DNA of 63,145 bases, counting the filler, from Diploschistes diacapsis (taxonomy: Eukaryota), in assembly GCA_023645945.1 (NCBI GenBank). It is 15 parts of 15 records of this genome, joined end to end, with 100 filler letters (N's around TTAATTAATTAA, not from the genome) between each part and the next. Parts side by side here need not be neighbours in the genome. Positions count along the whole stretch, not along the records: positions 29,335 to 50,845 come from JALAIB010000309.1; 14 more parts are not named here. The stretch is one strand, 5' to 3'. The notes beneath the pieces were generated by a model. It was not told the origin of the DNA. It worked only from the letters and a program-made list of their open reading frames with translations, and did not search any database. The translations under genes and the position numbers were made by a program. Below, piece after piece: positions 36,556-49,502 of the stretch. Every line of letters begins with the position of its first letter. The stretch's first letter is position 1.

Positions 36556-37225
36556 GCCGTGGTTTGCGGATTATAGAGCTTTGAGGCCCGGAAAGTGTAT
36601 ATGCAAGAGAATAGATACTTTTGCAATCCAAGGAAACATAAAAGAGCAACTGAGACAAACTATTAAGAGCCAGCTAAAGATTGATGATACAAACACTGTC
36701 GCACAGGAAACAAAGGGCAATAGGAAAAACACTTCAAAATTGAATGAATGTCTATCTCGACAGAACGAAAGATGAAGACACAAGGAAAACACATGGCTCG
36801 AGTTTTACAACTGACGAACATCAGGCAAGCATTGTATCGAGCGTCTTGGATCGCTCTCGCAGAGTTCTTGTCATGTTTTCCCATCTCCCCCAGCGCCTAT
36901 TGAGCAGATGACTTGCCTGGAAAGCCGATTGGGCTAAGTATAGCTGGTGCAGTAATAGTCTATTGACGGTTGGCGGAGGCTGTCCAGCGATGCTATTGTA
37001 GCAGATAAGCGCCGGGCACAGAGTTATATACAAATACAAAACAAGCCGTGGGCGGGCGCACTGGCCTACGTTAAACTACTACCAATCACAGAGGTCCTTA
37101 GCTTCTGTAAGCTAAAAATAACACACCCAGAAGTATTCGAAAAGTTTTGCGGCTCAAAAGTCAATTTACAGATCTCAAGGGACTAAGAGGAGGCAAGCTT
37201 CAAACTGCCAGTAGCTAATTGCATC

Positions 37226-37933
37226 ATGATCTGTCAAAGATGCATGTATCACTTGCGCCTTTCCCGATCCTCGTCCGCTCGACTCTTCTCCACCTCTCGC
37301 CCTTTCTACGCAGAGCCAGTCAAGGCACCTCGCGGACCTCCCTCTGGCAGCCATGAAGGTCCATCTGCAGCGACTTCGACTTCGGCAGCCCAGCCATTCA
37401 CCGCATCAACAACGCCCTTTGAAGTTCCGCAGAAACCAGCGTCACTGGCAACCGAAAGAGTGAAGAGCTCGGTACCAGCCGGCACACCCTTCAAGGGCTT
37501 GGGCTTCTTGAAGAACAAGGATCCGCCAGTCGCGATGGAGGATCATGAGTACCCAGACTGGCTCTGGAGCCTACTATCCGACGCTAATAAAGGTTCCGGT
37601 GACTCCACAGGACCGGAGAACGACCTTTACGGTATGTTGCACGTCTACGTGTCGCATTGAGCCATCGAGCTAACTTGTGCAGCAAAATCCAAAAGAATGA
37701 GGCGACTGGCAAGAAAGGCAGAGAGGAAAGCGGCACAACTCGCAGAGACAGACCCCAATGCCAATATGCCCGCGGTGCCACTCGAACATCAAACGATAGA
37801 CCTTCCTGCTGGAGACGGATCTGTTGAGGGCGCCGTGGACGCTTTGCAAGCGCGCGACGAGCTCACGGAAGCGATGAGAAGGGCAAGACGAAAGTCTATT
37901 AAAGAGACGAATTTCTTGAAGACAATGCGATAA
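37226..37933 (+). CDS. MRPL37: Mitochondrial ribosomal protein L37 (mL54), intron 37632-37682
   Basis: Mitochondrial presequence; SSVPAGTPFKGLGFLKNKDPPVAMEDHEYPDWLW; C-terminal RRKSIKETNFL. Confidence 0.92.
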
Positions 37934-39338
37934 TAACGCGTTCGTCGGTGGAGAATCTAAGGTCTTGTGTGCAACAGCACATTGTATCTATGTACATAAC
38001 TTTTCCGAATGGAGAGTCGAGGGCTTGTTGGAACATGTCGTTCCTGTCTATCGCTCAAACGCCTTTGATGCACATGTGGAAGAGACGACCGCCTTGAAAT
38101 ACCGTGCAACCAATCCTATCTGGAGGCAGCTACTGCCTGCTATTGAACCTCAAACCCATATCCCTTCATACACGCACGGTACTTCTGCACCATGCTCTGA
38201 CACTCTGACTGCGGATCGTTGCTGTTCGAGAAGAGCATGCACTCGTCTCGAGCCGCCTTTTCGTCTTTACATACGCAGCATGGCTAGGGAATGTCAGATT
38301 CCAGCCCATCTCATAGAAAGCTTTCAAAACAGCCAGGAATGATGACATTTGAAGAGAACCCAATTTTTTCTATGATACAAACTGGAAAAGGCCCTTACCT
38401 TCACCTTTGCCGCAGCCTCTCCAGCTGGCTTAAGCTCCGAGGCAAGATTTGATGTTGTACTTTCAGCTAGCGATGTCAGCTATTGAGTCGCTCTAAAGCT
38501 CAAGTTTCAAGCACGTGTTTTACCTACAGGAAGGCATTACAGTAGCCATCTGCAATAGTCAACGTTATACCTTCAGGTGCTCAAAGAAAAAGTGGAAGAA
38601 AGTTTCTGGCCAATAAAAGATTCAAAAAGGCATTGTTCTGCTGATAAATTATCTGTAGGGCTGAGCGTCTTTTGCCTGCTTCCTGTTTGCATCAACTTCC
38701 GTCAGCGCGCTGGGTATGAGGGCGCCTAGGACAAATGCTGTAGAAGGTTAGCTCCAAGATGTCTTCACACCAAAATTGGATTGAAAGGAAGACTCTTTGT
38801 GAAGCATGTTTTGATACTGTAAGGACTTACAACATGTCATCGGAGCATGGGCTTCTTCTTGTCAGGGAACCTCCAAAGAAGTTCTAGATATCGTGGACAT
38901 GAATTTTTTTTTGTTGCTCGTTCGTTTTTACAGGTTGTCTCTAATGCCAACTAATCATCTCCTCAATTCTCTTCTTGTTCTCAGTGATTTACTGCCTTTT
39001 GGAATTTGGATGGCCTGGAGGAGTACCCATAATGCCGTTGCGCCATAGGATTTCACTGTTGCAAAGTATGGCATGGCGGCTTGGACCAAGCAAGGGCCCA
39101 AGGATGGAGAAGCTTATTGACGGGGCTTCTCAGAGACTGATTTCAAAAAGTATCTAGCCAAGGATAACGACTGCAGATCTGAGACCAGAATGAAAGGTGA
39201 AGGATGAAGAAAGGTAAGGAATATCAGCTGCTCTTCTGCATATTGTACTATTCCTTCTCTTCCCCAATACTACGGCCTGAGGTTGGTCGTCGACTTCGAC
39301 ACGTCCACTTTATTCTCCGCTTGAATTTAAAAGCCAAC

Positions 39339-40498
39339 ATGGCAGAGATCTGGTTCGAAGATGTCGAACATCACAGCCGCGTTGCCAGAATTGGCTCCGT
39401 CAAGAATATCTCGTGACGTATTCAATGTATGCTTCTTCTAATTAGCTCAGCTCAGCTGAACATCCTAGCTAATCTATCTATGGCATGCCATTGCGGTCTG
39501 CATGGCCTTCGCAAGGACGGGCTTTCGATTCTATACCTTCCGCCGTGTCAACATTGACGATGCTTTCCTCATGCTGGCCATCCTCGCGACGACCGCTGCC
39601 ATAGTTCTGTCGCACTTCCTGGTTCCATTGGCATTCTTTCAGAACGAAACCTCGCTCGGACAGCTGAAGCCTGGATCGGATTTTGTCGGGAAGATGCTAA
39701 TGGCGAAGAACCTCGAAGAGGCAACGAGCGTCATGGTCTGGAGCACTATTTATGCTGTCAAGTACAAGCCATATGTTCTTCAAGAAGTTGGTGATACTGG
39801 TGAAGAAGGTCCAGGTTTGGTGGTAAATTGTCTTTGGTGTATTGGTGCCGGTGTCTATTTTCAACTCCATATTCGGTATTACCATCTGTCCACACTTCAC
39901 CACTAGTTTTTTGCGTGATTACTTCTCCGCTAAGCCCCATAACAGCACCGCTTTCTCAACAGCGCTCCCCATGCCCGCTTAGATAATGATATTGAACAGA
40001 ACAGTATCCCGTCCAGACAATGATACAAAAGGAAGGCATCTGGCTCGACGTAACCACCAGCCTCGACATCTTCACCGATCTCCCAAGTAACTCCCCTTCC
40101 CAAAAACCCCCCTTCCCGCACCCACCCACTAGCCTAACTCTCCACAGTCGTCTCCATCCCCGCCATCCTAATCTGGAACGTCAAAGTTCCCCCTGCGCGC
40201 CAAGGTCGGCCTCGGTCCAGCCCTCTGCCTCTCCTCCTTCATGATCTGCGTTGCCGTGGTCCGGGTCTCGCTCGGGTTCCTAACCACCGGCGTCGCCCGA
40301 CACTGTCTGGATCTACTTTCTGCTTCCTCCTCGAGGACGCCACGGCCGTCTTCACGGTCTCTAGGACCGCCTTCCGCTCCACCTTCGGCCACCACCAACA
40401 GAACGAGCCGGAGCGGGACCGAGGGCTGCGGCACCAGCACGATGACGCGCAGCCGCAGCCACACGCCGCGGTCAACGCCAGAGGAGTCTGAGTATTAA
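39339..40498 (+). pseudogene. Disrupted PTH11-like (fungal rhodopsin-domain) 7-TM receptor
   Basis: RRVNIDDAFL, WSTIYAVK, LDIFTDL, SIPAILIW, CLSSFMI..VR and TAFRSTF fall in different frames; frameshifts near 39770, 40190 and 40300, plus an in-frame TAA (WW*) near 39824. Confidence 0.78.
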
Positions 40499-41146
40499 GA
40501 TGGTGAACCAGAGCGTCTCGGAAGGTAGGCAGCGTGAGCGGGTCGAGGAGTATGAGCGTCGTGACGTCTGACGGTAGGAGCGTTGGGTGCGCCGAGGCGT
40601 ACGCCGTTGCCCGGGGACGAGGGGTTCGTCGCGTAAGATGGACAGGCCGCTCGTGGCGCATGCGGGGCTTGTGGGTTGTGAGAGAGCAGAAGGAGGGCGC
40701 GGAGAAGTAGCGGCCGATGGCAAGGAGAAGGGCGGTGGGGAAGTGGAATATGGTGTAGCTGAGTAGGATAGGAAATCCTCGGAGTTGGTGGGTTGGTATG
40801 GGAGCACGCATGGTTTGGTTTCTTGATACTCATGTGCCCATATTTATGCGGTTTTAGTTGGAGCAGCATGGTGCTCATATGACTCATGGTCCATTATCTG
40901 AGGATATCTTTCATCAACCAGACCCATTATCTTTTATCAAATCAAAAGCACCCCCAGCAACGAGCTCTGGACAGCTTTGCCGAAGCCATTCTGCCTTCAT
41001 CTTACTCAAAATTAGAACCAAACGGCTGGAGCAAAGCATCATTCCTCCCCAAATCTTTCAAAAGCTCAGAGACCATCATAGTAGCTAGTAATACAACCAG
41101 GAACTGTAGTCGCTTAGAAAAGCTCCACACAATCCTTTTCTTTTCT

Positions 41147-43639
41147 TCAAAGGTCGGGAACCTGATATCCCGAAAACCCACGCGGAAATATCTTCGACAT
41201 AATCTTCGCATGACCCGCATTCACCCTATTCATCCCAGGAACGACCGGGTCCGCTGCGTTTGCCGCCAATTGGATTCGTATATCTTCATCATTCAAAGGA
41301 TTACCTCCGTCCACCTGGGGCTTCTCTGGGATATCTTGATCAAGAGCCTGAGCTCCCGCAACATCGCCTTCCTCCGCTTTCCTCGAAGCCAGCTCAATCG
41401 TATCGCCGTCCTCTTCACGGGACTCTTGGCTGTACCCTCTCTGTTGCTCTTCCGATCCCTGCTTTCCTTGACTGCTATACTGCCCTTGCGATTGCGACGA
41501 GCTGGGCCTTGTCTTCCGCCGTGCACTCCTTCCATCTCGCTTACCATTGGCCATCAAAATGTAGCCTTCGGCATCCCGAAGCTTTCCTTCAGAGCGGAAG
41601 GAGGCCTCTGTCGGCTTGATTGGCGTCGCCCAGCTCTTCAACTGTGCATGCTTCTGGATCGGCGTAAGTTTTGCCAACCCGCCTCTGCTTACGCCACGGC
41701 GCGAGATAGCCTTCGACGGAGGCGGCTTGCCCTTGTATGGGGACCCGGAGTTCATCTTATATATCGGGTCGTTGATCTTTAAGGCATATGCATCCGGGTC
41801 CCAGTCTTCTCGCTCCCATTCTGGTGTGCCACGCCCGTCACCGATGACTAATGACTTGCGAGGGCGGCCAGGGCCGGGATGGCGGCCTCCGCGGCCGTTG
41901 TGGCGGGCTCGCTGGCTGAGAGACTCGATAGCACGCATTGGTGAAGAGAGTGGGTCCGTCTGCATCGCTAGGCCTTCCTGAGCTGCTTGCGTCTGCTGCT
42001 GCGATGTAGAGAGTCTGAAGGCGCCGCTGACGGATTTCAAGTTTATAGCGTTGTTATTGGTACTGATCGGCGCGGTGTCCTCTACCGTGGCTCTACTAGG
42101 TGCGTCCATAGTGCCCAAGCGCGAAGGGAGACCTGTCGTTGGGACAGTCGCAGAGAGGCTGTCGGGTATGAAGTCCATATCATTAGGATCATCGAAAACA
42201 GCCTTTTCTAGATATTCCTGGGTCTCTCGCGAGATCTGGTTGGACGGATTAGAAGAGACAGAATCAGGGCTTCGACGATTCAAAGCGTTGGCTGATGGGC
42301 CTATAGAAGCGCGCATGGAAGCAGAGCCCTGCGGAGGCCATTTACCATTACCAGTCGAGCGGACCGTCGAGAGAAAATTGTTCCTCAATTCATTGGAGTT
42401 AGAATAGCGTCGGTAGTTGGTCTCCGAAGCAATGCTGGACGGCACGGTATCAGCCATTTCATCCTGGGCATTGGCCTTTACTTGACTGCTATTTTTACGT
42501 TCTTCGATCCCTCTCAATCTCTGCATCGCCGCGGCTACTTCCTCCGAGGAGCGAATAGGACGTGCCGGCTTCAAAAACTTTGCTGGCCGTGCCTTGGGCG
42601 CTTCTCTTGGTTGTGACGACTCCCTGGAGCTGTCACTAACTTCAATCCCATCTTGCTCCCTTTTTCGTTTCAAGGTGTTCGGCGGTAGTATGAACTTAGG
42701 GGTAGATTCGTTCATGAAACTTTTAATCATATTCACATCCTTTTGCAGTGTCTCCAGAACGCCCATGACTTTCTCGATAGTCGCTGATTGGGCTGTCAGC
42801 AGAGACTTCAATTCAGAGTCTTGGCTAGATGTTTCTAGGATGTTATGATTTAAAGTAGCCCTGCTAGGATATGAGGGTTTAGGGACTCCATTTTGCTCGT
42901 TTGGGGACATACGGTCCTGTTGAGCGATGCTTTCGTTATCTGGGCCTTCGTCGTCCACGATGGTTTGGTCTTCATGCATGTCCTTCAGAACGGTCTCGGA
43001 CGTTGAGCACACTCTTTTTGGCTCCGGGGGTGATGAAACAGCACCGTCAAAGCTTTGAAAGATAGAATTACGATTTTCCGCACCGCCAAAGGCCCCCACG
43101 GCGAGTGTTGACAGTGTTGGCGATTCCTGAGTGGAAGTTGCCAGTGCAGCGCCTGCCGTGGAAGCTACAATATTCATAGGCACTACCTCCTTGGAAGGGC
43201 CCCCTTTTAGCAGGATTCTGCTGTCTTTGAAAAAGCAATTGTTTCTAAGCGAGTGTTAGTAGTGAAGAGAGCGCATGTAGCTGTAGCCAGTGGATCTCAA
43301 TCAAAAACTTCAGACCAACCTATGATGGGCTTTCTTATCTGGTGCTCTAACACACTTCACACCAAGTAGTCGATCACAGTTGTGGCATTTGAGGATTTTC
43401 AATAGACAATCCGACAACTCCCCAGAGCCGTCAAAATCTTCCGTTCCAACGACTAAGCCAGGTAGACCTTCCAGAGTTAAAGTCGCACCTTGATTATGGG
43501 TGTCGTCTTGGGTGTTGTCCTTGGGCTGATAAGTAACATGCGATTTGGTGACATGTTGCCACCTGTTGTGTAACGTTATGATTAAACTTTCGCATTTTGT
43601 GCAGATAACGTCGACTATATCGTCTGCCTGCTCCGCCAT
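41147..43639 (-). CDS. Mis18/yippee-like Zn-binding domain protein with long disordered tail and AT-hook, intron 43319-43245
   Basis: N-terminal CTKC...LKCHNC..LGVKC; the intron joins it in frame (RNNCFFKDSRILLK) to the 678-aa ORF containing GPGRPRK. Confidence 0.75.
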
Positions 43640-44002
43640 ACTTGCAGCAGGTTATCAGGTTGGCTCTTGAGTGAGTGCTGCTGTTAAGTTCAGCCTGGAT
43701 TGGCGCACCAAGACGCGACTAGGAATATGACAGGTTGCAGAGACGAGGTTAATGCTATCCAGCCAAGAACTGAAAGAACCGGTAAAAGGTCACGATGGAT
43801 TTGAAGGTGGGTGTTTATCTGCTGTGTCAAACAGAGGCGGGTGTTGAAATAATAAACCCTTTAACAAACGATTCATTTTACATTGACACGAGATATAGCA
43901 TTTTTATGTGGCCCTCTATTTGCTTACCTCCTATTGTAGCGCATCTCATTGTCACAGCAATCAATAGGCCAGTCGGTTCACATCGCCTGATCTCAGCACG
44001 AT

Positions 44003-45467
44003 ATGCCTTTCTCCTTCGCGCTTCCTACTACATCTGCGCTGAATTTAACATCGTTCCTTAGAAGTGATACACATCCATCACTCATAGCAGCAGCTACAAC
44101 ATACAGGAGCCTTCTCCGTAATGCACTCAAGCAGCACAGAAGGCTTCCCCCAAAGGAGCAAGGCCCAAACCTACAACGTTTAACGGCGGCTTTTGACGAA
44201 TATATGCCTTACCTCCTGGCACTAGACTCGGGCCTGTCAAATAAACGTGTCAACGACGAGGAGATAGATGTTATCCTCGAGAACGAGGTTGAGGTGGAGT
44301 GGCGGCCAACCATCGCTGCGTCCAGTTCCAAGAGGATCAAAGGCCGAGGCTTAGACCTCGAACTCTCCTTTGTTCTGAGTGCGCGAGCCTATCTGGAATT
44401 CGCTCTTGCTAGAAATGCCATGCAAATGTTCCATAGGCTACCCGCTTCTTCGGTCGAGCTAAGAAAGGAACCTATTAAGCAAGCCACCGATCATCTCCTG
44501 TGTGCCGCGTCCATACACCAGTACCTAGCTGCCAGAAATGCAGACATGCAATTCCCTCAAGCAGCGGTGGATATCGTAGCCTCTTCTCAAACGGCGCTTT
44601 TTTCCCTAGCAATGGCAGAAGCGACCTTGCTCAGCATCCTCCTTCACGACCCTTATCTGGCAATCATTGCGCAGGATCGAGATAAGTCGGATCGGGAATG
44701 GATGTACAAAGCGCCGGATATACCCAAGGTGCGAGCTGGCTTATTTGCGAGGCTTGGGATTCGCTCCTCAGAGCATGCCGAGAGAGCCTTCGCTCTACTC
44801 AGCAGCGGCCCAGACAAGGGAAAAGCTTTCGATGAGTCGTTGATGAAGTACATCAGCAATCTGCAGGTAGTGTCAAAAGCCAAAGGGTGTAGATTTTTCG
44901 GCATTGAGTCCGAACTTGGGGGTAAGATAGGCGAGGGAATTGGGTGGCTGATAGCTGGCAAAAAGATCTTGGGATATCAGCTGCACGAAGCAGATGGAGG
45001 AAAGGTGAAAGCGATTTCCAAGATGAAAATGGATTGGGCTCAGAAACGGGAGGATAAGAAAGTCGAGAAAGGGGGAGACTGGGGAAGCGATGCAGGTAGA
45101 ATAGAAGAGGGCAGGGTGTTCAATATGCTGCTGGGAAAATGGCACAAAGCTAACGATTTGGTTAGTGTTTCTTGTTGATGCAGTAAAGATGGTCCGCTGA
45201 TAATATGCATAGATAAGCACGCAGCCGATACCTATCTCGGACTACCTTGTAGCCAGAATGCCTTATGGTCGAGACTTCCACACACCGAAGCCGTATATTC
45301 CGCCCCAGCTAGACGCGGAGATCCTGAACAAGAAGCGCGCGCCGCCGGATGAAGAAGAGTTAGAAACTTTAAGATTCGGAATTGAGGGCAGCAGCGATGA
45401 TGAGACGACTACTGTGCCCGGTGCCTTTCCAGAGCAAAGACCAGAGGGTACCTCCACGTATTATTGA
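44003..45467 (+). CDS. palC: pH-response regulator PalC (Bro1 domain), intron 45161-45212
   Basis: MPFSFALPTTS, HPSL, DREWMYKAPDIPKVRA.LFARL, WGSDAGRIEEGRV, MPYGRD, C-terminal di-tyrosine YY*. Confidence 0.93.
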
Positions 45468-45633
45468 ACATTCAATCATGCTCGCCCAGCCCTTGATTTA
45501 ACTCGTTTCATTTCCTCACAGTCCTTTGTATATGTACAATATCCATGCCGTCGCGTAAATTCAACCCCCGACTATGTGTAGCCTCCAACTCCGTAAAGCC
45601 ATGCAGCCATGCTCTTTGAATTGCCGTTTGATC

Positions 45634-46000
45634 TCATTGCTCGTCTTTTGGCACATAGTTCTGTTGTTGGAACAAGTAACCTTTGACTTTCGCATCTTTC
45701 AAAAGCTCGAGATAGCGTTCTGTTGACGAGCATGTTGGCTAGTAAAGTATACCAGGGATTGTAGTGGTACATACCTCGCAGTTTGCCGCACTTTTCAAGG
45801 TGATTGACGCCTTCACGGTAATAGCATTTGCCCATTTCTTCTCTGACTAGTCGTGCCATCATGCTTTTGACCCATTGTTCTTTTATGATAGCATCCTGGG
45901 CGGCTTTCAACCGGTCTGTGTCGTTGTAATCGACACCATCGAATGTAGGAGGGACGGTCGGCTTCTTCGCTAGAAAAGCGGCCGATTCAGGTGTAGGCAT
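45634..46000 (-). CDS. NADH:ubiquinone oxidoreductase 12 kDa subunit (NDUFB10/PDSW-like), intron 45774-45720
   Basis: MPTPESAAFLAKKPTVPPTFDGVDY...EQWVKSMMARLVREEMGKCYYREGVNHLEKCGKLRERYLELL. Confidence 0.92.
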
Positions 46001-46238
46001 GACTGCAAGTGGGAAAAATATGAGTGGATCAAAGTCCTCGCAAGAGCTCCTCGAGGTTGGTGCAGCTTGAAGTAGTGATGCAGTGGGTTGCGAACTGCAG
46101 CTTGAGAGCTTCGTCGGCATCGGCCAGCTCGGGTTCAATTCCGTTTGGCTGAACGGGCTCCGCGCTTAGATCTTGTGCAAATGGCTTCAAGTCTTCGCTT
46201 GGTATACAACTTCTACTTATTCTTCAAGTGATCAGTCT

Positions 46239-46526
46239 TCAACATTCCAGTCGCAGAAGCGCTGCATACTTGACACTGGTACTACTTCGCTGCTTCGAGA
46301 TTTCCGCCTGGGCCACGTTACCCTCCACCACGATAGCTGCTAGTAGCTTGTACCGCTGTTGCTGGCATGCTAAGCAGAGCTCATGTAGGAACACAGAATG
46401 GAGTGGGTGATGCAAGAGACGCTGGCAACGCGACTCTAGGTCCCTTGTATCTTGACAGGCTGTGACAATGGTTCCAGATATGCTGTGGCCACAGAAACTG
46501 TACACATAGCGCTTGTGGAAACACAT
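46239..46526 (-). CDS. Small Cys/His-rich hypothetical protein
   Basis: MC.......CGH...C...C....HPL......LC..C spacing suggests a Zn-binding fungal family. Confidence 0.5.
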   Translation of the reverse strand: MCFHKRYVYSFCGHSISGTIVTACQDTRDLESRCQRLLHHPLHSVFLHELCLACQQQRYKLLAAIVVEGNVAQAEISKQRSSTSVKYAALLRLEC

Positions 46527-46825
46527 GCTGATACCAGCCTTATTATTCTATCTGCCTCTGGAACATGGTAGGTCTAGCACCTTAAGCTTAAGATACATGT
46601 GCAAACAGATCCAGTCACTAGGTCGCTCTTGTCCTTCTGACCATTCAGCGAAAACTGTGCCTTTGCCTACATTAAGAGCAAAGATGCTTCCATGCTTCCG
46701 CGTTGAGTAACAAAGAGAGTCCTTTCCGTGACCAGTGCTGACTCAATGCTACGGCATTTGATCATTCAATATCCTGAGTCTGTCATCGCATTAACAGATA
46801 GTGCCGATTGTGGTGTCATTGTCCT

Positions 46826-47526
46826 TTAAACCTCAGATAAGGGACTGCTTGCGCTGCTCAGTGCCCCAGGGCTGTTCAAAATGGAGTCTGCCGATATCGC
46901 TTCATTCTTGTCTAACTGCAACATTTTCTGCCAGGTCCTAATGTTCTCTGCACTGCCTCCATCAATCTTTAAATGCTTCTCCTCTGCGGGCTTTCCAAGA
47001 GCGGTTCCCTTGAACCTCGATTCTTCACCGGTCTTACTGTGCTTTTTCTTTAGAGCTGGGCAGGCATGAGCGCAGCACCCGCAACCTCGTAATTGACATA
47101 CTCACCAGTTAAGAAGTCTTCTCTGTATGCGCCAGCCTCAATATCAACCAGCTCGCCCGGTGTACGCAGAAGACCAGCAATTCTTCTCATCTCCTTGTGC
47201 GTGTCGCCTTCGATCCAGTTAATAAAGTTCTGCATTCCACGCATGTCATCGTCGTAGTGTAGTTGCTCTTCCAAAGGGCTTAGCTCTGGGTATAGCGCCC
47301 CCACCTCTTGCAGAGCCATACGCACGTCCGTAATCGTAGGGATCATGTCATCGTGATTCAACCATGCATTATCTGCTGTCCGTTGCGCCAAAAGACCAAG
47401 ATACCGTGCAGCGAGATCAACCAGCGCGTCGGCGGCAGCGGGACGCGCTGCATGAAATCCTGCAGCCCTCAGAATGTGTAGAACTGCTGGGCGCAAGAGC
47501 GACGCATGCAGTGGAGCTGAAGGCAT
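46826..47526 (-). CDS. TAF3: Bromodomain-associated (BTP) histone-fold protein, TFIID subunit 3-like, intron 47105-47056
   Basis: LLRPAVLHILRAAGFH...LVDLAARYL...TITDVRMAL; second exon ALKKKHSKTGEESRFKGTALGK. Confidence 0.82.
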
Positions 47527-47990
47527 GATCGCTGGGAAGGACGGTACGCGCCTAAGGACTTGTGAATGAGCTCCACGGAGCTCACAGCAGCTAGAACCTC
47601 ATGTGTAATTGTCTGGAGTCCTAGAACTCTTACCTTGTTATGTACAACAGGTTTAGCACAAAGCCGACACAAGCGACGAATGAGCGTTGTGCGGTTCACA
47701 TGTTCACGACGGTTGGACAAATAATCTCAGCTTTCGACGTCACTCCAGACAACCTTCTTACAGTAGGCAGACTTACCTGACAGAAATCTTTACGGAGTAG
47801 CGCCTCATTTCATCTCTAGAGCCTCCAGCGCATCCATGATGAACGAAGTGGTTCTTGTCAACAAATCCTAAGCTAACTTTATTTTTGAAGCTTACAAGCG
47901 CGAGGTTTAGAGCTTCGATGCTCTAGCTACTGGAACCAAAATAACTTTGCTCTACCGTCTAGCAGAAACTCTTCAATTCTTTCCGTAAAG

Positions 47991-49502
47991 ATGTCGGAGC
48001 CACCACGTCAGATGCTGAAACTTAAACTCAACACATCCGGTATCAAGGTAGAAGAATCGGCATCTACTCCGACGCCCAGCAGTGGCAAGATTAAGCTAAA
48101 GCTTGGGGCTCCGAAAGCCGAAAAGGCTGGGGAGAAAGCCACGGCAGCTCCCAAGAAAAGTATCATCAAGGCTCCAAACCCGAACAAAGAGAAGCTACCG
48201 AAACTCAAACTCGGCAAGAAGCGTAACCATGCTGAGTTCCAGGATAGTATCGCCGATGGCTCGGATACTCCAACCTCAGCCAAAATCCAGAAGCTGAAGC
48301 TCACGGCTAAGAATAAAAAGACTCCAGTCACACCGTCTTCTATTAAGCTGAACTTCAAAGGCAGGCCCCCACTTCGACCGAAAGGCCAAGGCTACGACAG
48401 TGAAGCTTCAGATGCAGAGAGGGACCCTCACATCGAGGAGAATTTCATACTACGGATGGTGCCCGGCGAAGACTGCGACTACGTTCGGCAAGCCATTCAA
48501 GATAAGAACTGGGGAAAAGAGGGCGCGAAGGTCCGCCTAAAGTTTTTGCAAAACGATGGACGACGAGCAGTTTTGACAGTACGGGGACGGATGTATGCAG
48601 CGATATTTGTCGACATGCCATGCATCGTGGAAGGAGTCAAGAGTTGGGACAAGAAGGCTTGGTATAAAGTGGCAGACATCTGTCAGATGCTCATGGTGCT
48701 TGGGTTGGTTCAGTCTGAGAACGAAGCTTCAACCTACCCCATCCCGGAGCGAGAAGTTGACAACAGGACGTGGGCCTATGCGCATGGCTTGACCCCACCC
48801 ATGCATTGGGTGCGAAAAAGGAGGTTTAGAAAGCGGATCAGCACACACACAATCGAAGAGGTGGAAGCGCAAGTGCAGAGGTTGCTAGCAGCGGATGACG
48901 CTGCTCAGGGAGGGGTCAGATACGAGGTCATAGATCCAAATAAGGCTAGGGCGCAAAATGCTCGTGAAGAGGGCGAGCAAAGCGACGTGGATGATGATAT
49001 GGATGGTGAAGGCGAAGCGGACGAAGGAGAAGCAGTATTTGAAGCCGAAGCGTTTCCGAATGCTGAGGACGAAGATGGGAATGTGGACGACCTTGAGGCT
49101 CAGTTCGAATCTTTCATGGCTCAAGACGAAGCTGAGGGTGGCATGGAAGTTGAAGAGGCGGAAACTCCTGCCTCCAGCGCAGCTGTAATGGAGGTACAGC
49201 AGATGGAGTCGTCCGAGGCCGAAACTCCTGCAGCTACTTCTAAGGAAGAGACCGAGGAGGAAGAATCGGAAGAAGAAGATGATGAAGACGACGTGGACGA
49301 AGACGAGATGGAGCAGCGAGTAGACATACAACGGCAGAGGGAGGAGATTGCAGATCTCGAAAACGCGATCAAGGACCAGTTGGCGGAAATGGATCGCGTG
49401 CAGAGCGGCATGCTTAAGAACAAGATTCAGAATAAGATCCAAAGTCTGAAAGCGGATCTTGAGCTAAAGAAGTCCGCCATCGGCGAGGGAGAAGAGGACT
49501 AG
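47991..49502 (+). CDS. TAF7: TFIID subunit 7
   Basis: TAFII55_N motifs IEENFILRM, DMPCIVE..KSWD, YKVADICQML, HGLTPPM..VRKRRFRK; acidic linker and C-terminal coiled coil. Confidence 0.95.
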   Translation: MSEPPRQMLKLKLNTSGIKVEESASTPTPSSGKIKLKLGAPKAEKAGEKATAAPKKSIIKAPNPNKEKLPKLKLGKKRNHAEFQDSIADGSDTPTSAKIQKLKLTAKNKKTPVTPSSIKLNFKGRPPLRPKGQGYDSEASDAERDPHIEENFILRMVPGEDCDYVRQAIQDKNWGKEGAKVRLKFLQNDGRRAVLTVRGRMYAAIFVDMPCIVEGVKSWDKKAWYKVADICQMLMVLGLVQSENEASTYPIPEREVDNRTWAYAHGLTPPMHWVRKRRFRKRISTHTIEEVEAQVQRLLAADDAAQGGVRYEVIDPNKARAQNAREEGEQSDVDDDMDGEGEADEGEAVFEAEAFPNAEDEDGNVDDLEAQFESFMAQDEAEGGMEVEEAETPASSAAVMEVQQMESSEAETPAATSKEETEEEESEEEDDEDDVDEDEMEQRVDIQRQREEIADLENAIKDQLAEMDRVQSGMLKNKIQNKIQSLKADLELKKSAIGEGEED

